In this document: positions 19,263 through 27,536 of the stretch, in pieces
Layout: each line of letters opens with the position of its first letter
Position numbering within the stretch: position 1 is the stretch's first letter
Origin: Candidatus Caldarchaeum sp.
Lineage (GTDB): Archaea > Thermoproteota > Nitrososphaeria_A > Caldarchaeales > Caldarchaeaceae
Direction of reading: 5' to 3'
Length of the DNA: 38,387 nt
Assembly: GCA_038885755.1 (NCBI GenBank)
Contig: JAVZZH010000005.1
Location: 1 to 38,387, forward strand
Notes under the pieces: generated by a model
What the model was told of the DNA's origin: nothing
The model's input: the letters and a program-made list of their open reading frames with translations, nothing else
The model's database searches: none
Position numbers and translations under genes: made by a program

Positions 19263-19270
19263 CGACTTTT

Positions 19271-20602
19271 CTAGCTCACAGGGCCTAAGCCTATTCCGGA
19301 GTAAACGAGAGCTTTTGAGAATACTTCGGGGTCGAAGACTCTCCGGCCATCGATTACAACAGGGTGTTTCATACGTTTTACGAAGTCTTCTGGCTTCAGC
19401 CTTCTGAACTCATCCCACTCGGTTGCAACTATGCAGAAATGAGCCTTGTCGATGCATTCGACAGCAGACTTGGCGTAGTCTATTCGTTCGCCGTAAATAC
19501 GTCGAACGTTTTCCACGGCGGCTGGGTCGTAGACAGCGACTGAGCAGCCTGCTGCGAGGAGACGGTCGATTATCTTGAGCGAAACAGCCTCACGAACGTC
19601 GTCGGTGTTGGGCTTGAAAGCAAGCCCTAGTATTGCCGCTCTCCTCCCAGCCAAGCTGCCGAGAATCTTCTCCGCAAGCTCGACGGCTCTGTAGGGCTGG
19701 TTGTTGTTTACTCTTTCAACAGCCTCGAGCACTTCAGCCGGCTGGCCTAAAGACTTCGCATAAGCTATCAAAGCCTTCAAATCTTTCGGAAAGCAGCTTC
19801 CTCCATACCCAAGCCCCGCGTTCAAGAAATGTGGCCCAATCCTCCTGTCCATTCCAACGCCTTTCGCCACCACCGAGACGTCCGCTCCCGGAGTACGCTG
19901 ACAAATGTTGGCAATCTCGTTGACCAGGCTGATCCGGGCTGCTAGGAACACGTTGCTGGCGTACTTAATCATCTCGGCGTTGACCGTGTTCGTCCTGAGG
20001 ACGGGGGCTAGTTTCCCACCGTAGAATTTCGTGTAAAGCCTGAGAAGGACGCGTCCACCACCACCCCAATCATCGCCAACCACAATCCTGTCAGGTTTGA
20101 ACATGTCTTTCACGGCAGACCCTTCTCGGAGAAACTCAGGGTTTACGCAAAGGTTCAAACCATCTCCTACAATCTTGCCAGACATCTGCTCCAGACTCCT
20201 CCTAACGAGGTTCCTAGTAGTTCCCGGAACCACCGTGCTTTTCACGACAACGGTGTGCGGCCTCGGCTTAGCCGACAACACCTCTCCGACGGCTTTGGAC
20301 GCATTCATGACGTACGTGAGGTCTATGCTTCCGTCATGACCCGAAGGCGTTCCGACTGTTATGAACGTAAGGTCAGTGCCGGCAATCTCCGAGTAATCCG
20401 TGCTGCATCTAAAGCTTCCCCCACGCAGCACCCGGGGCAGGAGCTTATCCAACCCGGGCTCCTTGAACGGCGCTTTTCCGCCGTTTATCAAATCTATTTT
20501 GCTGTGGTCCAAGTCTATACCTACAACTTTGAAGCCTTTGGCAGCCAAGCACACCGCTGTAGTCAGACCGACGTATCCAAGGCCTACGAATGATACCTTC
20601 AA
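19271..20602 (-). CDS. ugd: UDP-glucose/GDP-mannose dehydrogenase
   Basis: GLGYVG, TVGTP, KSTVVPGT, NPEFLREG, KYASN, GYGGSCFPKD, GLAFKPNTDDVRE. Confidence 0.95.
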   Translation of the reverse strand: MKVSFVGLGYVGLTTAVCLAAKGFKVVGIDLDHSKIDLINGGKAPFKEPGLDKLLPRVLRGGSFRCSTDYSEIAGTDLTFITVGTPSGHDGSIDLTYVMNASKAVGEVLSAKPRPHTVVVKSTVVPGTTRNLVRRSLEQMSGKIVGDGLNLCVNPEFLREGSAVKDMFKPDRIVVGDDWGGGGRVLLRLYTKFYGGKLAPVLRTNTVNAEMIKYASNVFLAARISLVNEIANICQRTPGADVSVVAKGVGMDRRIGPHFLNAGLGYGGSCFPKDLKALIAYAKSLGQPAEVLEAVERVNNNQPYRAVELAEKILGSLAGRRAAILGLAFKPNTDDVREAVSLKIIDRLLAAGCSVAVYDPAAVENVRRIYGERIDYAKSAVECIDKAHFCIVATEWDEFRRLKPEDFVKRMKHPVVIDGRRVFDPEVFSKALVYSGIGLGPVS

Positions 20603-21465
20603 GGTCTTCCACCAGCTATGTAGTCGTAGGATGATTTTAATGCGTGCAAGTATGTCTCAGGCGTGCCTATGTCCAGCCGCAGCTCATCGTCTTCGAGGCT
20701 TACAGCAAACACCTCACCCTGCTCCTCGATAAGCCGCTCGACTGCGTCTGTTAGCTGAACCTCACCACCGACGCCGGGAGGTGTTTTATCCAACGCCTTC
20801 ATGATGTAGGATGTGAAGACGTAGAAGGGCATTATTGCAAGGTTGGAAGGAGGAGTTGACGGCTTCTCAACGACTCTCGACACCCGAAGCAACCCGTTAG
20901 ACCAACTATCAGCCACCACGACACCATACTGTCGAGGGTCATCGACACGCTGGACTAGCAAGGCAGCACCACGGCTGTCCCGGGGCTCGGCAGCAAGAAG
21001 CCTCCGAAGGAAGATGTTGTTGGCGGAGACTATGTAAGTGTCGCCGGCGCACAAAAGGAAATTTTCATCCCCGACGAAATGATGAGCCATTCTAACTGCG
21101 TCGCCGAACCCCCGGGGGTTGGGCTGGCTAACCCAAACGATGACCGAGTCCTCGAGCATTCTGTAGAACTTGGTCAAATCCATTAGAGTCGATGATTTGC
21201 CCTTCCTCTCCAGCTTCTCGACAAAATCCCAGTCGGGCGTGAAATGGTCTTCGATCGCTCTCTTACCTCTGCCGACGACGAAGCAAAATTCTCTGAAGCC
21301 GTAGAGATAGAGCTGTTCGTAGAGGGCTTGCAGCAGTGGTTTGAGGACGGGTTGGCCGTTGCTCCCCTTGACGTAGATGGGAAGCATCTCCTTGGGAAGC
21401 TCCTTCGTCGTGGGTAGGAGGCGAGTGCCAAGCCCAGCCGCAGTTATCACGACCTTCCCAAGCAT
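20599..21465 (-). CDS. galU: UTP--glucose-1-phosphate uridylyltransferase / sugar-phosphate nucleotidyltransferase
   Basis: AAGLGTRLLPTTKELPKEMLP, IEDHF, Q..PRGFGDAV, VEKP, GEVQLTDA, DIG. Confidence 0.88.
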   Translation of the reverse strand: MLGKVVITAAGLGTRLLPTTKELPKEMLPIYVKGSNGQPVLKPLLQALYEQLYLYGFREFCFVVGRGKRAIEDHFTPDWDFVEKLERKGKSSTLMDLTKFYRMLEDSVIVWVSQPNPRGFGDAVRMAHHFVGDENFLLCAGDTYIVSANNIFLRRLLAAEPRDSRGAALLVQRVDDPRQYGVVVADSWSNGLLRVSRVVEKPSTPPSNLAIMPFYVFTSYIMKALDKTPPGVGGEVQLTDAVERLIEEQGEVFAVSLEDDELRLDIGTPETYLHALKSSYDYIAGGRP

Positions 21466-22046
21466 CGGACTACACCCAGTCAAGCCTTTAGATAACCTTG
21501 TCTACCAGTCTCTCAAGAGTTTCAAACCCGGCCGCGCCTCATTCAATAGGCCTACGTTTCTCTTCCCAGCCCTAGCTTTGGCCCCAAGGATGTATCCAGT
21601 AGCCGAACATCAGCCCGTAAACCCTGCGGGGCGGGTTTTCAAAACACTGTCAAGCATGCCTTCAACCTCCTCCACATCCTTATCACAGACCGAGGACCTC
21701 TCGGGAATTTTTCGGTTCTCCGTCCTTCAACCTCCCGCAAGTCTACCGTCATTCACCGGCACGTGCAGTCTTAATGCCGCTGGAGTCCTGCCGGCAAGAC
21801 GGCCTCAAGCATGGGACCAACTGCTCCTTAGAGGCCGCCCACCTTCTCTGCAAGCTTCCCTACAGCTTTGATGATCCAAGTCCGGGGCAACGCAAGTTTG
21901 ATTTGAACAAGTTCATCCGCGCTGTGAGGTCTTATACGCCCATGTATCCGGCTGCGGAACTCCGTCGCTGTGATGAACTGCTGCTTGGGCCCGGGCTAAC
22001 ATATCCGGGTTATGATTGTTGAGATTTGCCGGTGCTGTTTCTACTG

Positions 22047-22685
22047 TTAGTGTCTGGTTGTGAGCGGGTAGGGTTCTGGCTTCGCATTCTTGAAGTAGTG
22101 GTTGACGAGAGAGGCCACGGCAACGAAGTCTAGGAAGACCATGGTGATCAGCATGGCGAATCCTGCCTCGTGGTGTAGTTGGACGCTGAAGATTACGGGT
22201 GGTGCGGCGTAGAGCGGTTTCTCCACCAAGGTTAGCACGAACCCGTACCATCCCATCACCTTGCCTAAAGCTATGGCTAGGGCTTCTCTCCAAGGCTTCG
22301 ACATCCCCACTACCGAGAAGTAGATGACGGCGCCGGCTGCTAGGTAGGATGTTCGCTTCATCTGGTATAGGACTGGGTCGTTGAGGTCTGCGGGGCAGAC
22401 GCCGAACCCGAAAAAGGAGTTGACTGGGAAGTGCCAGTACGCTACTATTGCCGCCGATGCTGACAGGCCTAGCGCCGTGAGCCTCGGGCTTCGGGGGTTG
22501 ATCTTTAGAAGGCCGTTGGCTAGGTGGGCTGCTGAATAGCCTGCCGCTGATAGGAAGGCTGGCCAGACGTCCATGTAGAAGAGAAGGTTTGTCAGCTCTA
22601 GTCCACGTATCACAGGGCTGTGGAACAGCGTGATGTATGCGAAGGCCGACAGCAGCAGTGTTGAGAGGACTGTCTTGAGCCTCAA
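22047..22685 (-). CDS. Membrane protein, DUF1404/CtaG-like
   Basis: Multiple TM helices; YWHFP, SYL.AG, PLY...H.AG..M pattern. Confidence 0.55.
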   Translation of the reverse strand: MRLKTVLSTLLLSAFAYITLFHSPVIRGLELTNLLFYMDVWPAFLSAAGYSAAHLANGLLKINPRSPRLTALGLSASAAIVAYWHFPVNSFFGFGVCPADLNDPVLYQMKRTSYLAAGAVIYFSVVGMSKPWREALAIALGKVMGWYGFVLTLVEKPLYAAPPVIFSVQLHHEAGFAMLITMVFLDFVAVASLVNHYFKNAKPEPYPLTTRH

Positions 22686-22736
22686 ACAGCTTATGATTGT
22701 GGGAGGGCTTATTTAAACCAGCTCCAGCCTCCCCAA

Positions 22737-22835
22737 TCAGGCCTTAATCTGGGCTGCCTTCCGCCGCAGCTCCTCAACCATCTCCTGCTTCCTTTTTCTC
22801 AAAGCCTGTCTAAGCCTTTCCAACTCCCTATCCAT
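22737..22835 (-). CDS. Small charged helical protein downstream of atpD (32 aa; 36 aa from CTG 22847)
   Basis: MDRELERLRQALRKRKQEMVEELRRKAAQIKA; SD GGAGGTG 7 nt before CTG 22847; too short for the ORF track. Confidence 0.55.
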   Translation of the reverse strand: MDRELERLRQALRKRKQEMVEELRRKAAQIKA

Positions 22836-22839
22836 CTCT

Positions 22840-23541
22840 TCAGACAGCTTCCTCCACCTCCTTCCTTCTCTCGAGGATCTTTTTGACGTGCTTTAGCTTG
22901 ACAAAGTCCTCTCTTTCTCTCTCCTCGAGGTTTGCGCTGATAAACTTGATTGCTTCCTGATAACGCGGTATGATCAGGTGTTCGAGTGCGTTAAGCAGCC
23001 TTTGTGTTTTCTTGAGTTCCTCGGCTAGGCGGAATATCGCGTTTTCCACCTCTGCGACCCGGCAAATGGGTGTAAGTATGTCTCTGAAGTTGGCTACGGC
23101 TTCGTCGAAGGAGGCGGTGGTGTCTAGGAAGCCGTAGGTTAGGGGGAGCTGGGACGACGACGCCTGCAGGGTCGGTATCTTTATGCCTAGGACTGTTTTT
23201 TCGCTGACGTCGACCTGTATGGAAACAGGCGTCGTGGATGCAGCTGCCTCGACTTTCATCGACCCCATCTCAGCGTATGCTTTGAAAAGCGATGCGTAGG
23301 CCTGCTTAAGCGGCTCCACCATCTTCTCCCGCTCGGCTTCAGCCACGTCAACCAAGTCGTTCAGCCTCTTCACGAGAACATCCCTCTTGTCCTCGAGAAT
23401 GCGGTAGATACTCCTCGCGACTTGAAGAGAGCGTCTGACCCTTATCAGCTCAAGCTTTGTGGGAAGGAACTTTCCTCCGAAACCGCTTACCGACAGGCCC
23501 TCGACACCCAGCCAAGACGGCAACAGCCTATCTAAAAACAT
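22840..23541 (-). CDS. atpD: A/V-type ATP synthase subunit D (true start perhaps CTG 23496)
   Basis: PTKLEL, ILEDKRDVL, LKKTQRLLNALEHLIIP, LEEREREDFVKLK. Confidence 0.95.
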   Translation of the reverse strand: MFLDRLLPSWLGVEGLSVSGFGGKFLPTKLELIRVRRSLQVARSIYRILEDKRDVLVKRLNDLVDVAEAEREKMVEPLKQAYASLFKAYAEMGSMKVEAAASTTPVSIQVDVSEKTVLGIKIPTLQASSSQLPLTYGFLDTTASFDEAVANFRDILTPICRVAEVENAIFRLAEELKKTQRLLNALEHLIIPRYQEAIKFISANLEEREREDFVKLKHVKKILERRKEVEEAV

Positions 23542-23588
23542 ATCTCCCCGGCCTTGAATCCTAAATACTTGTTCGCTGGGTTTTTGTC

Positions 23589-24392
23589 ATGCTGTTCAGG
23601 ACGGTTGTCGCACGGAGGGCGTTGAAGGCTGCGCTGCCTGCCCTAGTGTTGAAGACCGTCGTGGCCTATCTCGGTTATGAGTTCATGCCCCTCAATCCTT
23701 TGGCTGGGAGCATCGTGGCTGGGTCGATATTTGTGATGGGTTTCGTTCTCGCTGGCTTGATCAGCGACTACAAGGAGGCTGAGAGGATACCGGGTGAGAT
23801 GCTCTCGGCTCTCGACAGGATTTGGACAGAGGCGAGGCTTCTCCATTCCAGCAGGCAAGACTTTGACGTCGAGAGGCTGCGGAATGCCTTGCTGGGCATA
23901 ATAGACTCCTTCATAACGGGCGTGGAGAAGAAAAGCGGTTATTCAAATCTCCAGCCCTGCATAGAGGCTGTCAACAACCTTTCGTGGCTGGCCGCCGAGA
24001 TGGAGAGGGCTGGAGCGCCGGCCCCGAGCATCGCACGCGTAAAAGACGGGCGTGAAAACCTTCTCAAGCAGGTGACGAGAGTCTATTACATACAGCGGAC
24101 TGTTTATCTTCCTTCGGCCCGTGTTCTAGCAGAGTTTTTGACGGTAAGCGTAGTTGTTTTGCTGACGTTCGTGAAGCTCCAGAGCCTGGCGGAGTCGATT
24201 ATCAGCTTCGCCGTTGTAAGCTATTTCATAATCTATCTGAGGTACCTAACGTATGCTCTTGACACGCCGTTTCAGCAAGGTGAGAGGACGATGGATGACG
24301 TAAGCCTGTTCCTCCTCAAGGAGTACCAGAGAAGGCTGGCCTCCGAGCCCGCATCGCTTCCGAGGGCTTGGGTTAACGCTGGAAGCACGTAG
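23589..24392 (+). CDS. Membrane protein, bestrophin-like channel candidate
   Basis: Two TM helices, FVMGF.L....DYKEAE, helical cytoplasmic region, two TM helices, LDTPF. Confidence 0.55.
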   Translation: MLFRTVVARRALKAALPALVLKTVVAYLGYEFMPLNPLAGSIVAGSIFVMGFVLAGLISDYKEAERIPGEMLSALDRIWTEARLLHSSRQDFDVERLRNALLGIIDSFITGVEKKSGYSNLQPCIEAVNNLSWLAAEMERAGAPAPSIARVKDGRENLLKQVTRVYYIQRTVYLPSARVLAEFLTVSVVVLLTFVKLQSLAESIISFAVVSYFIIYLRYLTYALDTPFQQGERTMDDVSLFLLKEYQRRLASEPASLPRAWVNAGST

Positions 24393-24428
24393 AGAGATTT
24401 ATATAGCGTTCACGTGGCGAATCTTCAG

Positions 24429-25862
24429 ATGTCTACAGCGACTGCGCTTAACAAATACCGGAACTTCAGCGAGTGGTTTGACAGCTTGCTTTTGGACGCT
24501 CGGATCGTTGACGACCGCTTCCCCGTCAAGGGTTTCTCAGTCTATTTGGAGAACGGCGCGTTCATCCTGAAACGAATTCGTGAGATGCTGGAGGATGAGC
24601 TCAACAGGACAGGCCACAAGGAGATGATCTTCCCACTAGTCACCACAGACGAGCTGTTCGGGAAGGAGTCTCAGCATATCAAGGGCTTCAGCCCCGAGGT
24701 CTTCGTCATCGAGTCCGCCGGCGGGAAGCCTCTCGATGTTAAACTGATTGTCAGGCCCACTTCGGAGACAATAATGTATCCCATGTTCAAGCTCTGGGTC
24801 CGGAGCCATGCAGACCTGCCCCTTCTAGTTCATCAGAGCAACATGGTTTACAGGCATGAGACGAAGGCCACGAGGCCCTTGCTCAGGGTCAGGGAGATTC
24901 CGTGGAACGAAGCTCACACGGTTCACGCCACAGCGGCTGAGGCCGAGCAGCAGGTGAGGAAGGCTGTCGAGATATACAAGAGGGTGCTCGACAGGCTGGG
25001 AATAGCTTACTTGGTTCTCAAGAGGCCTGACTTCGACAAGTTCGCTGGAGCCAAGTACTCGGTGGCCTTCGACGCATGGAACCCCGACGGCCGTGTAAAC
25101 CAAGTGGGCACGGTGCACAACCTCGGGAAGAATTTCTCAAAGGTTTTCGAGATAGAGTTCGAGACTAAGAACGGGGAGCGGGACAACCCGCATCAGCTTT
25201 GCTACGGCTTCGGTTACAGCAGGGTGTTGGCCGCGTTGATAAGCCAGCACGGCGACGACCGAGGCCTGGTCCTCCCCTCCGCCGTGGCCCCGCTTCAGGT
25301 TGTCGTCGTACCCATTGTCTTCAAGGGGCAGGAGGAGACCATTATCGACTACTGCAGAAAGATAGTTGCCGGTCTCAAGGACCTGCGTATTCTCCTCGAC
25401 GACAGGGAGGACATCACTCCGGGCGAGAAGTTCTACCACTGGGAGAAGATGGGAGTTCCTGTAAGGGTTGAAGCAGGGCCTCGCGAGGTCGCTGAAAACA
25501 CTGCGACGGTTTTCCGCAGGGACACGCTCGAGAAGAGGACGGTGAGCCTCGAGAAGGTTGGAGAATACGTCGAAGGCCTGCTGCGTGATATAGACAAGAA
25601 CCTTGCAGAGAAGAGCTGGAGGATTATGCGGCAGATGATTTCGGACGCCTCGACCGTCGAGGAGGTCAAAAAGCTCATCTCCGAGAGAAGGGTGGCTAGG
25701 ATCGGCTGGTGCGGCAGCACCGACTGCGCCATGGCTTTGAAGGAGGCCGCGGGGGGTGAGCTGAGGGGGAGCAAGTTCGAGGAGGCTGAAGCTCCTTCGG
25801 GCGGCTGCGTCGTCTGCCAGCGCCCCGCCGTCGAGGTTGTTTACTATGCAAGAGCTTACTAG
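24429..25862 (+). CDS. proS: Proline--tRNA ligase (archaeal/eukaryotic type)
   Basis: FSEWF, KESQHIKGF.PEVF, RPTSET, LLRVREI.W.EAHT, Zn-binding tail ending YARAY; TTTATATA about 24 nt before ATG. Confidence 0.97.
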   Translation: MSTATALNKYRNFSEWFDSLLLDARIVDDRFPVKGFSVYLENGAFILKRIREMLEDELNRTGHKEMIFPLVTTDELFGKESQHIKGFSPEVFVIESAGGKPLDVKLIVRPTSETIMYPMFKLWVRSHADLPLLVHQSNMVYRHETKATRPLLRVREIPWNEAHTVHATAAEAEQQVRKAVEIYKRVLDRLGIAYLVLKRPDFDKFAGAKYSVAFDAWNPDGRVNQVGTVHNLGKNFSKVFEIEFETKNGERDNPHQLCYGFGYSRVLAALISQHGDDRGLVLPSAVAPLQVVVVPIVFKGQEETIIDYCRKIVAGLKDLRILLDDREDITPGEKFYHWEKMGVPVRVEAGPREVAENTATVFRRDTLEKRTVSLEKVGEYVEGLLRDIDKNLAEKSWRIMRQMISDASTVEEVKKLISERRVARIGWCGSTDCAMALKEAAGGELRGSKFEEAEAPSGGCVVCQRPAVEVVYYARAY

Positions 25863-25874
25863 GTCGTTGGAGGG

Positions 25875-26015
25875 AAAAGGAATAAATAGAGTCGATGACG
25901 CGTTAAAGCCACGCGAGGGTGGGGTTTATTGCTTCACGACCTAGCTTAGCCGTGCCTTCTGTCGCTGGTTCTCCGAGCGAGGCTTCTCTGGGTTTTCGCG
26001 AGGGAGGTGTTGCGG
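25875..26015 (+). promoter_or_regulatory. Promoter and ~100-nt structured leader of the leuA-ilv operon
   Basis: GAAAAGG-AATAAATA (25875-25888); mini-ORF 25929-25949; anti-SD 25954-25965; SD GGAGGTG 26003-26009. Confidence 0.5.
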
Positions 26016-27536
26016 ATGGCTTGGCGTAGGCTGCTAGAGAGCGCTCTGCCTTCACGGGCTGTTATCTTCGACACAACGCTGAGGGATGGGGAGCAGACGG
26101 CTGGAGCTGCTCTGCGGCCCGAGGACAAGGTGAGGCTCGCCGAAGCTCTGGCGGACCTAGGGGTTGACGTTATAGAGGCAGGGTTTCCACCGGTTTCCAG
26201 CGGAGAATCCTCAGCCATAAAGCAGATCACCGCGGCCGGTCTGGGCTCGAAGATATGCGTGCTTTCACGATGCGAGAAAGCCGACATCGACGCAGCAGCC
26301 AAAGTAGACCCACAGTGGGTCCACGTCTTCATCGCAACCTCAGACATCCACCTACAGCACAAGCTGAAGATGAGCCGTGAACAGGTTTTGGACAAAGCTG
26401 TCTCATCGGTTGAGTACGCAAAGTCCTACGGGTTTACGGTGCATTTCTCGGCCGAGGACGCCACGAGGACTGAAATCCCATACCTGCTTCAAGTCTTTCA
26501 GGCCGTTGAAAGAGCTGGAGCCGACAGCATAGACATACCCGACACAGTCGGAACCATTATCCCGACGGTGATGAAGAGGCTTGTGGCAGCCGTCAAAAGC
26601 TCGGTTAGAATACCTGTAGCTGTCCACTGCCACGACGACTTCGGGCTTGCGGTAGCCAACTCTCTGGCCGGCGTCGAGGCCGGTGCCGAGATCGTCCACG
26701 CCACCATCAACGGCATAGGTGAGAGAGCCGGCAACGCTAGCTTGGAGGAGGTGGCTGCTTCTCTGAAGTTTCTCTACGGGGTTGAGACAAACATCAAGTT
26801 TGAGAAGATTTACAGGGTTTCAAGGCTCGTTGAGAGGCTGATGGGCATAACTGTTCCGAAGAACAAAGCGATCGTAGGCGACAACGCCTTCGCCCATGAA
26901 AGCGGCATCCACGTCCACGGCATACTCGGCAGCCCGACGACCTACGAGCCCGTGATGCCTGAGGTCTTCGGAAGAAGAAGACGGATAGTCTTCGGAAAAC
27001 ATTCAGGGATCCACGGCCTCGAGGCTTTTCTCAAGGAATACGGCTACTCCGTGGACAGGAGTAAAGTAGCGACGATCCTCAGCCGGGTCAAGGAGATCGC
27101 CGATAGAGGCGGTAAGGTTTCGGAGGAGCTTGTGCTGACGCTGGCCGACGAAGCATACGGTAGGGAGAGCAGAAAGAGGTCGTTTGTGAAAAACCTTATG
27201 CTGGTTCTGAACGGTGATGTTTTCAGAGCTCAGTGTGAGTTGATGATGGCGGGCGAGCTGGTGTCAGGCGACGGAGTCGGAGCTTCAGCTGTTGAGGCCG
27301 CCACGCACGCCGCATTGAATGCCGTCAACAAACTAGTCGAGGTCCGTCTGGTTGATTTGAAGATACATTCGTCTTTCATGGTCAACCACGTCGCGGAGGC
27401 GGAGGTTGTTCTGTCTTCATCCGACGTGGAGCTTGTCGGCAGAGGCCTAGGACCCGACCCTGTTCATGCTGTTGTCTCGGCTGTCACGAGCGCAGCCCAT
27501 CAGATCTTGTACGCTCAAGAGAGGTTGGAGGCGTGA
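26016..27536 (+). CDS. leuA: 2-isopropylmalate synthase (LeuA/CimA family)
   Basis: FDTTLRDGEQ, IEAGFP, FSAEDATR, PDTVG, HCHDDFGLAVAN, GERAGNA, AFAHESGIH, GKHSG. Confidence 0.88.
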   Translation: MAWRRLLESALPSRAVIFDTTLRDGEQTAGAALRPEDKVRLAEALADLGVDVIEAGFPPVSSGESSAIKQITAAGLGSKICVLSRCEKADIDAAAKVDPQWVHVFIATSDIHLQHKLKMSREQVLDKAVSSVEYAKSYGFTVHFSAEDATRTEIPYLLQVFQAVERAGADSIDIPDTVGTIIPTVMKRLVAAVKSSVRIPVAVHCHDDFGLAVANSLAGVEAGAEIVHATINGIGERAGNASLEEVAASLKFLYGVETNIKFEKIYRVSRLVERLMGITVPKNKAIVGDNAFAHESGIHVHGILGSPTTYEPVMPEVFGRRRRIVFGKHSGIHGLEAFLKEYGYSVDRSKVATILSRVKEIADRGGKVSEELVLTLADEAYGRESRKRSFVKNLMLVLNGDVFRAQCELMMAGELVSGDGVGASAVEAATHAALNAVNKLVEVRLVDLKIHSSFMVNHVAEAEVVLSSSDVELVGRGLGPDPVHAVVSAVTSAAHQILYAQERLEA

